From: Chiloscyllium plagiosum
Taxonomy: Eukaryota
Reading direction: 5' to 3'
Length of the DNA stretch: 64,000 nt
NCBI RefSeq assembly: GCF_004010195.1
Contig: NC_057756.1
Coordinates: forward strand, 467,805 to 531,804
The notes under the pieces were generated by a model, which saw nothing but the letters and a program-made list of their open reading frames with translations, did no database searches and was not told the origin of the DNA. The translations under genes and the position numbers were made by a program. Each line of letters starts with the position of its first letter. The stretch's first letter is position 1. Positions 26,820 through 37,990 of this stretch are shown in pieces.

Positions 26820-27470
26820 TAGCACAGCAGGTCAGGCAGCTTCTGAGGAGCAGGAAAAATCAACATTTTGGGCCGGAGCCCTTCGTCAGGAAGAAGACTG
26901 GGGGAGTACAGTGAGAGAGGGACTCACTGAGATCTTTGTAGAGAGAGGAGGAGAACTTCTTTGTTTGTTTGTTTAAAATGGGCAGCACGGTGGCTCAGTC
27001 CTTAGTGCTACTGCCTCACAGAGCCAAGGGCCCTGGATCAATTCATGCCTCGGGCAACTGTCTGTGTGGAGTTTGCACATTCTCCCTGTGTCTGCGTGGG
27101 TTTCCTACAGGTGCTCCGGGTTCCTCCTACAGTCCAAAGATGTGCAGGTTAGGTGAATTGGCCATGCTGAATTGCCCGTAGTGTTAGGTGTAGGCGAATG
27201 GGTCTGGGTGGGTTGCTCTTCAGAGGGTCGGTGTGGGCTTGTTGAGCCGAAGGGCCTGTTTGCACACTGTAGGGAATCTAATCTGATCTAATCAATTCTT
27301 CATGATAGGCACCCTTGGAAGGGGCTTCACAGTAATGTTGAAATCAACTAGAGACAGTGAGGTCTGCAGATGCTGGAGATCAGAGTTGAGAGTGTGTTGC
27401 TGGAAAAGCACAGCTGGCCAGGTAGCATCCGAGGAGCAGGAAAATTGATGGTTAAGGCCGGAACCCTTGT
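26820..27470 (-). mobile_element. Penelope-like terminal region (two tail copies in tandem) split by a SINE
   Basis: Tail copies at 26820-26892 and 27355-27468, the first with degenerate hammerhead ctgacgaagggctccggcccaaaatg. Confidence 0.65.
26979..27292 (+). mobile_element. HE1-like SINE
   Basis: gggcagcacggtggctcag...gaatctaatctgatctaatc tail. Confidence 0.88.
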
Positions 27471-28147
27471 TCAAAACAAACACAAGCAAAAGAGAACAGA
27501 ATACCGAATAATTTCACCTATCCGAAAACCCAACAGTTCATCCCAACTTAATGATGCGGTTCCAAATACTTGTGATGATCCCCATAAACACCCATTGCCA
27601 CAAACGTTAAAATCAAACACAAGGTCTTGCAGAGGGATGTCAGAGAGAAGAGGATAAGCGTGGACCTGCTTCTTTGGATCCAACAGCTTTTATCACTGCC
27701 TGACTGCTTTCAGTGAATAATCAGACTACCAAAGACCAAGTCAAACCAGAGTAAGGTTAGCTGGGAGAAAAGGGCCACACTGCTTTCATTGCATAAGTGT
27801 TAGTTTTTCCCGAAAAATATTGAAAGTCTTTTGCCTGAGGTAGTATCTGTTAGTCATAATCAAATTGGCCACAAAACCCTTCAAATGAACACTTTTCAGA
27901 GTCTGTCTATTTTCTGAAAAAAAAAACCCAAGCACAACATAACCTTGTTAAAGAAGCAGCATCATCATATCACCCCCTTCAAAAAAGATCAATATGAAAG
28001 TGGCTTCATTTAAAACCACTTAATCTTAAACTGTTAGCACTCTACAACACACGTATACATTACATTGACAAATATTAGGCAAACATGTGCCATTACATTT
28101 AGCTTCAGTAAGTTTCACTCCTGCCACTGAACATCTCCGTTTCTCAG

Positions 28148-28722
28148 AAGAAAGTGAGGACTGCAGATGCTGGAGATCAGAGCTGAAAATGTGTTGCTGG
28201 AAAAGCGCAGCAGGTCAGGCAGCATCCAAGGAGCAGGAGAATCGACGTTTCGGGCATGAGCCTTTCTTCAGGAATGAGGAAAGTGTGCCAAGCAGGCTAA
28301 GATAAAAGGTAGGGAGGAGGGACTTGGGGGAGGGGCGTTGGAAATGCGATAGGTGGAAGGAGGTTAAGGTGAGCGTGATAAGGTGAGGGTGATAGGCCGG
28401 AGCGGGAGTGGGGGTGGAGAGGTCAGGAAGAGGATTGCAGGTTAGGAAGGTGAGTTCGAGGGTTGGAACTGACAAGGTGGGGTGAGGGGAAATGAGGAAA
28501 CTGGAGAAATCTGAGTTCATCCCTTGTGGTTGGAGGGTTCCTCGGTGGAAGATGAGGTGCTCTTCCTCCAGCAGTCGTGTTGCTATGGCCTGGCGATGGA
28601 GGAGTCCAAGGACCTGCATGTCCTTGGTGGAGTGGGAGGGGGAGTTGAAGTGTTGAGCCATGGGGTGGTTGGGTTGGTTCATCCGGGTGTCCTAGGGGTG
28701 TTCTCTGAAACAATCCGCAAGT
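28148..28722 (-). mobile_element. Penelope-like 3' end nested in the Gypsy element; hammerhead core at 28241-28275
   Basis: AQHFNSPSH...EEEHLIFHRGTLQPQGMNSDF; minus strand CTGAAGA-aaggctcatgccc-GAAACGTC. Confidence 0.82.
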
Positions 28723-28729
28723 ATGCAGT

Positions 28730-29055
28730 TCCGCACGTTCAGCTCAACAAGTCCACACTGGCCCTCCAAAGAGCAACCCATCCAGACCCATTCTCCTACC
28801 CTATATTTACTCCTGACTAATGCAACTAACCTACACATTTATGAACGCTATTGGGCAATATAGCATGGCCAATTCACCTAACGTGCACATCTTTGGATTG
28901 AGGGATGCACCTGAAGGAAACCTGCACAGACACAGGGAGAAAGTGCAAACTCCACCTGAGACTGAGAAAGTGCAAACTCCACCTGAGGCTGGGATCAAAC
29001 GCAGGTCACTGATGCTGTGAGGTAGCAGTGCTAACCAATGACCCACCATGCTGCC
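28730..29055 (-). mobile_element. HE1-like SINE nested in Gypsy, with internal 24-bp duplication
   Basis: gagaaagtgcaaactccacctgag twice (28938-28987); SINE core in reverse. Confidence 0.82.
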
Positions 29056-30769
29056 GATTACGTTAGTGATTTCCAGCTTATTTACAAATATCTTCCCATT
29101 CAATAGTACTGACTCTTTCAGGTCATTTTGATTTTCCTCTTGAAGGTAACTAAATACTTTCTTCCAATTTTTGACAACTTCCTCATTGTCCAATTTAATT
29201 TGAGAAATGCCCAATTCAGCATCCCCTGAACTTGGTTCTTTACATTGTGTTGAAACCAATGGCAGATTCTTGTCCTGCTCTCCTTCCCTGTCAAAATACC
29301 ATTTGAGCTTATTCACATGATGCACTCTGTGAGATTTCTTTCTGTCTGGAGACCATTCCAAAACGTTCATCTCACTGAATTTCCTTTCAACTTGATAAGG
29401 TCCATGAAACCCTGCTTTTAAAGGTTCACCTATGACTGGAAGTTACACAAGCATCTCATGCCCAAAAGCAAAGAGTTTTTGATTTCTTGTCTGCTTCCTG
29501 TTTCATTGTATGCTGTGATACTTTTAAATGTTGTAGAGACAACTCAGTCACTCTATTTAATCATTCCCAAACATTTGACACATTGTCCAAATATGTGATC
29601 TCTGAATTTTGACTTACCAATTTCTCCTGAATCACTTTATCCTCTCACATTATGCCCAAAATCTAATTCAAGTGGACTGAATTTGGTCAATTCATTTGGT
29701 GCATCTCTGATCGCAAGAAGTACAAATGGAAGTCCCGTATCCCTGTCATATAGGTAGTCTTGTTGATAAGCCTAAAATATGGTCTTTTATGTCTGATCTC
29801 ACCTTACCAGCTCTCCCTGGAACTCTGAGCGGTACACAGGAAATTTGAATTGTTTTATTCCTACATTGTCCATAACTTCCTTGAATAACTTTGACGTGAA
29901 GTTTGAGCCTTGATCTATTAGTATCTCTGTGGGTTGTCCGAATATAATGAAAAATTTGCGTAATTCCTCTACAATCCTTCTCGCTGTGATACTGCATAAT
30001 GGATTGGCCCCTGAAAATCTAATGGACACATCCATTATTGATATCAAATACTGATTCTCCAGGGTGGAGAGATAAATGGGGGTGGGGGGGATACTGGGGA
30101 GAAGGTAGCGCTCCTACAACAACTTCTCCAGTCTTCACTGGAGACTATAACCTCAATTTGCATAGTTAGGTGTTCTTGGCTCACCATGAATTCACGTTAC
30201 TAGCACTCTTTCTGGCAATCATCGTCCAGAGGTACATATCTCCTTACCTTTCAACATCACAGATTGAGAGGATCCTGTTTCTCGTAATATTGTAACCTGC
30301 TTATCTGCTGCTCCTGGAATATGTGAGTAAACTTTACCTTTACATGTAGATGATTTAAGAAGTCCTGGCATTTTTGCCTTAACCAATCTCCGACCAGTTT
30401 GTACATTCTGGTGCAGCGTTGTGGCCTACACTGTGCTGTCCATTACCATTCCAACAAAATTCACTGGTTTATCTTGTTTTACTACATCTAGCTTCCCAAT
30501 GCATTTCCTAACCCAGCAACACTGTGATTTCATGTGGCCCACTTTATTGAACTGAAAACACTGAAGCTTTTTAACTTCTCATTTCCTTTCAACGGTTTCC
30601 TTTATATTCTCTGTTCAGTTATCCTTATTACCTTCACTGAGCACTACCTTTCCCTTTCTAGGCAAAGCTATCTCTTTCCCTCAATTTCTAAACCCTATTG
30701 ACTAAAATTGATTTTGGAAGTCAAACTTTGATTTATGGACCACCTCATGATCATCAGCCATTTCAGTGG

Positions 30770-30900
30770 CTCTCTTTCTTCCTTTCCTCTCTCTCTCCTT
30801 TTTTTCTCTCTTCTCACTCTTTCTCTCTCTCTCTCTCTTTCTTGGTCTCTTTTTATCTCTCTTCTCTCCCTCTTTGTCTCCTCTCTCTTTTTCTCTTCTT
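30770..30900. repeat. Degenerate (CT)n pyrimidine tract
   Basis: ctctctct/ttctct-rich run. Confidence 0.85.
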
Positions 30901-31015
30901 GTTCTACTAAAACGTTAATTTTTTTTCTCTTTCCTGTGCTTTTAAATGCAATTCTTTGTCTTTTGCCTTTAATTCAAGCTGCTTTATTTTCATTGAATTT
31001 TAGACATCCTGGCAC

Positions 31016-31287
31016 GGGCGGCACGATGGTTAGGACTGCTGCCTCACAGCGCCAGAGACCCGGGTTCAATTCCCGCCTCAGGTGACTGACTGTGTGGAGT
31101 TTGCACATTCTCCCAGTGTCTGCGTGGGTTTCCTCCCACAGTCCAAAAATGTGCAGGTTAGGTGAATTGGCCATGCTAAATTGCCTGTAGTGTTAGGTGT
31201 AGGGGAATGGGTCTGGGTGGGTGCGCTTCGGCGTGGACTTGTTGGGCCGAAGGGCCTGTTTCCACACTGTAAGTCTAATCTAATCTA
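31016..31287 (+). mobile_element. HE1-like SINE nested in Gypsy gag region
   Basis: gggcggcacgatggttag...gggttcaattcccgcc...ctaatctaatct tail. Confidence 0.88.
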
Positions 31288-31629
31288 AAAAAAAGGTTCT
31301 GATGGCGTTTCTAGGAAATTTAAATACCGAGCTATTGCTGTAATTATCGCTCCTTGCCGCACAGAAGGAGGCAGCTCCTAACCCAGTTTGTGTGCTAGTT
31401 CCAGCACCTTTTGCAAAATCCCCAAGGTAACTTCATCAACCCCCAGAAAACTCTTAGTGACTGAAAGTGTCATTATTCCAAGCACTGTTTAAACCAACTT
31501 AATTGCACACCCAGAACAAAGGCACTAACACTAAGCATTCCTGGCCTTCTGGTTCAAAAGACACTAACACTGAACATTCCTGGCCTTCTGGTTCAACAAC
31601 CTTAATTCTCGTTTGGAGCTATAGAACAA

Positions 31630-31648
31630 ATCCAGGATGAGCCCCCCA
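31630..31648 (-). promoter_or_regulatory. Primer-binding site complementary to tRNA-Pro
   Basis: Minus strand tggggggctcatcctggat versus canonical TGGGGGCTCGTCCGGGAT, 2 nt inside the 5'LTR edge. Confidence 0.8.
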
Positions 31649-32451
31649 TCTGTTATGAACCAGGCAAAACCTTCGCAAAACATTTCAAGAAAGTAGCCCA
31701 GACCCTAACTTTGCGAGTTGTTTTAGACAGGTGTAAAGTGTATATTCCAGGAGAGAATTTATCCACAAGGTTAGCGAATGAAACACTAACAAAGGATAAC
31801 AGAATATCGAATAACTTCTCCTATCAGAAAACACAACAGTTCATCCCAACTTAATGATGCTGCTCCAAATGCTTGCAACAATGCCCATAAACATCCCTTG
31901 CTAGAAAAAAGGTAAAGTCAAACACAGGGTCTGACAGAAAGATGCCAGAGAGAGTGGGGGGAATCAGCATTGACCTGTTTGTTTTGGTCCAGCAGACTAC
32001 CAAAAACCAAATCAAAGCAGAGGGAAACTGAGCTGGAAGAACCAACCACTCCTCTTTCATTGTACAAGAGCTTTTTCTAACAACTTGAAAGCTTTTTGCC
32101 TGAGGCAGTATCTGTTAACATTCAGCAAATTGTCCCTAAAATGCTTCAAATGTACACTTATTTTAGCAGTATCATTACAACAGTTTTTAAATTTCATGAC
32201 AGATATGGGGCGTGTGAGCGGATGACAAACATAGCAGGAGGTGCTCATGCTCTAAAGTTATTGCAGTTATTATATTCGATATTGAGTCTTTCAACATGAA
32301 CCTCCAAGAACCGCAGTATTTTACTTTATTTTTTGTTTTGTAGGGCTGTGTTGATAGTACAGTAGTGCACCTTCCTTAATCTTATGGCGTGCCCCAACGT
32401 CTATTGCTCATTTTCTTACTCGATCTAAATTATTGAATCCTTCTTTATTAG

Positions 32452-32487
32452 ATTTGACCAAACTCAGAGAAGATCTCAAGCAAAAAG
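32452..32487 (+). CDS. Micro-exon 7 (36 nt); DLTKLREDLKQK
   Basis: ttctttattag|ATTTGACCAAACTCAGAGAAGATCTCAAGCAAAAAG|gtgaaa; paralogous to exon 15. Confidence 0.85.
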
Positions 32488-32922
32488 GTGAAAATGGCAT
32501 ATTTCAATCATTTCTAGTTAACATTCTGGTAGTAATTCTCAAAGGTCATTTTTGTCTAAGATGCGAGGATAAATGAAAAGAAATTAAGGCAGATTATAGT
32601 TGTGAAGGATAGACTTCATCCACTACTATAATTCAAATCTAGCAGCATACTTTAACATGTGAATCTTGTCATTCACATTGCATAGCTGAATGTGTAATAA
32701 TTATTAGTTTAGCACAACAAAGTTCTGAATTGAATGTGGAACAAGAAAGGAAAAGCTATTCTGCACAGAAGTAATCTAGTGTTATTGTCAGCAATTCTTT
32801 GAAGTTCACACATGATTGTGGTATAAAATATTAACATAATGTCAAATTCAAAGTTTGTGCGAAGATTTGTAGCTCGGGTGCTCGTTGTTGTGGTTCTGTT
32901 CGCCGAGCTGGAAGTTTTTGTT

Positions 32923-32962
32923 GCAAACGTTTCGTCCCCTGGCTAGGTGACATCATCAGTGC
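32923..32962 (-). ncRNA. Hammerhead ribozyme motif (inverted copy of 37107-37146)
   Basis: Reverse complement reads gca-CTGATGA-tgtcacctagccaggggac-GAAAC-GTT-tgc. Confidence 0.75.
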
Positions 32963-35214
32963 TTGGGAGCCTCCTGCGAAGCGCTTCTTTGATGTTTCCT
33001 CCGGTGTTTATGGTGGTCTGTCCCTGCCGCTTCCGGTTGTCAGTTTCAGCTGTCCGCTGTAGTGGTTGGTATATTGGGTCCAGGTCGATGTGTTTGTTGA
33101 TGGAGTTTGTGGATGAATGCCATGCCTCTAGGAATTCCCTGGCTGTTCTCTATCTGGATTACCCTATGATAGTAGTGTTGTCCCAGTCGAATTCATGTTG
33201 CTTATTGTCTGCATGTGTGGCTACTAAGGATAGCTGGTCGTGTCGTTTCGTGGCTAGTTGATGTTCATGTATGCGGATTGTTAGCTGTCTTCCTGTTTGT
33301 CCTATATAGTGTTTAGTGCAGTCCTTGCATGGTATTTTGTACACTACATTCGTACCAGACATCCCACTCAGACCCATAGTATCACTGCCAGGGACACCAT
33401 CATACAAACTGGCCAAAGAACTACAACAGAAACTGAAACACCTGGTCAGCGGATCCAAACACTCTATACAACCAACACAGGAATTCTTGGACATCATCAG
33501 AAATATACACATAGACAAAGAAGAAACCATGATATCATTCGACATGACGGCACTGTTCACTTCGATTGACAAAACCCTAGCCAGAGAAAAGGCTTCGCAG
33601 GAGGCTCCCAAGAACTGATGATGTCGCCTANNNNNNNNNNNNNNNNNNNNNNNNNNNNNNNNNNNNNNNNNNNNNNNNNNNNNNNNNNNNNNNNNNNNNN
33701 NNNNNNNNNNNNNNNNNNNNNNNNNNNNNNNNNNNNNNNNNNNNNNNNNNNNNNNNNNNNNNNNNNNNNNNNNNNNNNNNNNNNNNNNNNNNNNNTGTGT
33801 TGTGAGGCACAAGTGCAGTAGTTTAAGTATGCCGTCTTTGTTGATAGGTTCAGCGTCCTGTTTTCTGTTCTGTATGTCCAGTAGGTTGGCTATTGTTTCT
33901 CTGGCTAGGGTTTTGTCAATCGAAGTGAACAGTGCCGTCACGTCGAATGATATCATGGTTTCTTCTTTGTCTATGTGTATATTTCTGATGATGTCCAAGA
34001 ATTCCTGTGTTGATTGTATAGAGTGTTTGGATCCGCTGACCAGGTGTTTCAGTTTCTGTTGTAGTTCTTTGGCCAGTTTGTATGATGGTGTCCCTGGTAG
34101 TGATACCGTGGGTCTGAGTGGGATGTCTGGTTTGTGTACTTTAGGTAATCCATAGAATCTGGGGGTGTTGTTGCTTTCCGGTTTCATTCTTTGTAGGTCA
34201 GCTCTGGTTATCTATCAGTTTTTTTTGTAGATTCCTTAGTGTGTTATTTATCCTATTGGTGAGCTGTGGGGTGGGGTCAAACTCCCTCTTTTGGTAGGTG
34301 TTGGTATCTTCAAGTAGCTGTTGTGCTTTTTGGATGTAATCAGATTTATCTAGGATGACCGTCATTCTGCCTTTATCTGCTGGTAGTATGATTATGTTCT
34401 TATCGTTTCTTAGTGATTTCAGTGCTTCCCTCTCCTTGGTGTTGAGGTTATGTGTTTGTCTTTACCTTATTATCATAGGTACGACAGTTTGTCTCACTGT
34501 TTGTTGTGTCTCTTCTGTCAGTCCATTGTTCCTGAGTGTGCCTTCTAGTCCTAAACTATGAAAGTAACCACCCCAACACACACAAACGAAGCTGCATCAG
34601 GACACTATTCAAAAGGGCCACAACACACTGCAGTACACCAGGAATGCAAAAAGAAGAAGAGGAACACCTATACAAGGTATTCGCCAAAAACGGATACCCG
34701 CGCAACTTCATCAACAGATGCCTAAGAGAAAGACCACGGAACGAGGACATACCACAACCAAAAGGACTAGCCACGCTACCATACATCAGGAGCATCTCAG
34801 AACTGACAGCCAGACTACTGCGAACCCTAGGACTCATAACGGCACACAAACCAACAGCTACGCTCAGATAACAACTCACAAGAACGAAGGACCCGATACC
34901 CAACATGAGCAATACCAATGTAGTCTACAAAATACCATGCAAGGACTGCACAAAACACTATATAGGACAAACAGGAAGACAGCTAACAATTTATTTCTTA
35001 CAATGCAATGAAAACGGATTTCTTATGGTCTCTTCAAGACTTTTTCTAAATTCTGAATTGGCGCAAAAACACTCAGAGCCAAAGTAATGAGCGTCAAAAT
35101 AGTTTAGATACAAAACGGCGGGGCCAAATGATCGGCGCCAAAAGGGCGGCGCCAAAATGTCCCATTCCGAACATTTGGCAAGTGTGGCATTTTTGTCGAA
35201 GGTTAACAATATCC

Positions 35215-36733
35215 TCGAGCAGTCCAGGCCAATAAAAATTGATTGTGCACCTAACCCTGAGTCTTTAATACACCATGGTGACCTTCCATCGGGAAATAAG
35301 GCAGGGCAGCCGACTAAGGTGTCAGTAGAGAAGCACTTTGGGGCCAGTGACCATAATTCGTTTCGTAGTAAAATACTGATGGTAGAGGAGAGACCAGATC
35401 TAAAAGTTGAAGTTCTAAATTGGAGAACGGCCAATTTTGACGGTATTAGGCGAGAGCTTTCGCAAGTTGATTGGAGGCAGATGTTCGCTGGTAAAGGGAC
35501 GGTTGGAAAATAGGAAGCATTCAGAAATGAGATAACAAGAATCCAGACAAAGTACATTTCTGTCAGGATGAAAAGAAAGTCTGGTAGGTATAGGGAAGGC
35601 TGGATGACCAAAGAAATTGAGGGTTTGGTAAAGATAAAGAAGGAAGCATATGTCAGGTACAGACAGGATAAATCGAGTGAATCCTTCGAAGAGTATAAAG
35701 GTAATAGTGGTATACTTAAGAGGGAAATCAGGAGGGCAAATAGGGGACATGAGATAACTTTCCCAAACAGAATTAAAGAGAATCCAAATGATGTTTATAA
35801 ATATATTAAGAACAAAATGGTAACTAGGGAGAGAATATGGCTCCTCAAAGATCAACAAGGCGGCCTTTGGTTGGAGGCACAGAAAATGGGGGAGATACTA
35901 AATGAATATTTTGCATCACTATTTACTGTGGAACAAGTATATGGAAGATATAGACTGAAGGGAAAGAGATGATGACATCTTGCAAAATGTCCACATTACA
36001 GAGGAGTAATTGCTGGATATTTTGAAATGGGTAAAGTGGATAAATCCTCAGGATCTGATCAGGTGCACCCGAGAACTCTGTGGAAAGCGAGAGAAGTGAT
36101 TGCTGGGCCTCTTGCTGAGATATTTGTATCATCAATAGTCATAGGGGCAGAGGAGTAATTGCTGGCTATTTTGAAATGGGTAAAGGTGGATAAATCCTCA
36201 GGACCTGATCAGGTGCACCCGAGAACTCTGTGGAAAGCGAGAGAAGTGATTGCTGGGCCTCTTGCTGAGATATTTGTATCATCAATAGTCATAGGGGAGG
36301 TGCTGGAAGACTGGAGGTTGACTGACGTAGTATCCCTGTTTAAGAAGGGTGGTAAGGACAAGCCAGGGGATTATAGATCGGTGAGCCTAACCTCGGTGGT
36401 GGGCAGTTGTTGTAGTGAATCCTGAGGGACAAGACGTACATGTATTTGGTAAGGCAAGGACGACTTAATGATAGTCAACATAGCTTTGTGCGTGGAAAAT
36501 CATGTCTCACAAACTTGACTGAGTTTTTTGCAGAAGTAACTAAGAAGATTTATGAGGGCAGAGAATTAGATGTGATCTATGTGGACTTCAGTAAGGCATT
36601 CGGCAATGTTTCCCATTGGAGACTGATTAACAAGGTGAGATATCATGGAATACAGGGAGAACTAGCCTTTTGGATACAAAACTGGCTCAAAGGTAGAAGA
36701 CAGAGGGTGGTGGTGGAAGATTGTTTTTCAGAC
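35215..36733 (+). mobile_element. Internal CR1 ORF2 segment lacking both ends; ~150-bp tandem duplication (35999-36147 / 36148-36297)
   Basis: HFGASDHNS, WMTKEIEGLVK, KSSGPDQVHPRTL twice, IYVDFSKAF; ends at VVVEDCFSD. Confidence 0.9.
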
Positions 36734-37106
36734 TTACCATGCAAGGACTGCACTAAACACTATATAGGACAAACAGGAAGACAGCTAACAATCCGCATAC
36801 ATGAACATCAACTAGCCACGAAACGACACGACCAGCTATCCTTAGTAGCCACACACGCAGACAACAAGCAACATGAATTCGACTGGGACAACACTACTAT
36901 CATAGGGCAAGCCAGACAGAGAACAGCCAGAGAATTCCTAGAGGCATGGCATTCATCTACAAACTCCATCAACAAACACATCGACCTGGACCCAATATAC
37001 CAACCACTACAGCGGACAGCTGAAACTGACAACCGGAAGCGGCAGGGACAGACCACTATTAACACCGGATGAAACATCAAAGAAGCGCTTCACAGGAGGC
37101 TCCCTA

Positions 37107-37146
37107 GCACTGATGATGTCACCTAGCCAGGGGACGAAACGTTTGC
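37107..37146 (+). ncRNA. Minimal hammerhead ribozyme motif in Penelope terminal repeat
   Basis: gca-CTGATGA-tgtcacctagccaggggac-GAAAC-GTT-tgc; stem I gca/tgc, stem II gtc..cct/agg..gac. Confidence 0.78.
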
Positions 37147-37332
37147 AACAAAAACTTCCAGCTCGGCGAACAGAACCACAACAATAATGTCAAATTTTAT
37201 AGTGATCAAACATGGAAACATAGAAGTAATGGCGAGGGAGGCCATTTGGTCTTCGAGCCAGCTCTGCCGGTCAATGTGATCATGAATGAAATATACCATT
37301 TATACCATTCAAATATTATTATATTTTGTCAG

Positions 37333-37359
37333 ATGAAGAGCTAATTGAATGTGAGAAAG
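37333..37359 (+). CDS. Micro-exon 8 (27 nt, Cys exon); DEELIECEK
   Basis: attttgtcag|ATGAAGAGCTAATTGAATGTGAGAAAG|gtaact. Confidence 0.85.
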
Positions 37360-37846
37360 GTAACTGGCGGGACGTAATGAAATTTTGAGAAAAAGTGTAT
37401 TGAAAAATTATCTATTTCATTTGCAACACTCTCAGATTTTAAGCTAACATACATTTCAAATTTCATCATTACTGATAGATGCAGACTTGGAAAAACGAAT
37501 CAGTGGTGAGATCACAAAATTGCAGTATCCACTTGCAACAATCGCAAATATTTCCATATGCATTTCAATGACTGATTCTTTAAAACCTCTGATGGTTTTC
37601 AGATGTAATGCTCGTACATTCCTACTATGACGTTATGACATTGCATAAGTTATCTATGCACTCTGAATGGAAAAGCAACAGTAATTCATGTCAAAGCCTG
37701 TCAGTTAGAAATCCATTCAATTTATGCAAATTTGCATTAATGCATTGCACGTATTCTGGAACTTTGTAAAATGTTGGAACTCGACGCAGATTTGCAACCA
37801 GCTGAATATTTTTCGAATATTTTTCTGTGGTTTATTTCCCTTTCAG

Positions 37847-37873
37847 ATCTCCAAGATCTTCTGGAGAAATTAT
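37847..37873 (+). CDS. Micro-exon 9 (27 nt); DLQDLLEKL
   Basis: tttccctttcag|ATCTCCAAGATCTTCTGGAGAAATTAT|gtaagt. Confidence 0.88.
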
Positions 37874-37990
37874 GTAAGTAAGACAAACTAAAGACACTTT
37901 ATGACCTATATAAATGTACTTTTCATTCGAGTTAGATTTTCTTAAGTCCAAAAAAAATTCTCTTTGTAACAAAAGAGAGCTTATTTTAAT

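Larger units (their letters stand above)
27470..32179 (-). mobile_element. Decayed Gypsy/Ty3 LTR retrotransposon (Gmr1-like order), internally deleted
   Basis: 5'LTR 31651-32179 (TG...CA on minus); diverged partial 3'LTR ~27470-27969; PPT gaagggggtga at 27970-27980; degenerate gag knuckle CFQFNKVGHMKSQC ~30515-30560; integrase EILIDQGSNFTS 29750-30050; GPY motif ~29400. Confidence 0.85.
32849..37183. mobile_element. Rearranged Penelope-like element (RT + GIY-YIG, second family) with multiple inversions and a captured CR1 segment; 13-bp TSD
   Basis: PRFYGLPKVHKPDIPLRP, SFDVTALFTSI, NVVYKIPCKDCTKHYIGQTGRQL; ataatgtcaaatt at 32836-32848 and 37184-37196; N-gap 33631-33795. Confidence 0.88.

Noticed and set aside
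33159..34187. 342-aa ORF
   Set aside because: Reads through a 165-N gap and inverted Penelope pieces.
36440..37072. 210-aa ORF fusing CR1 RT to GIY-YIG
   Set aside because: Chance in-frame junction of two broken TE fragments with an incomplete RT; not a credible gene.
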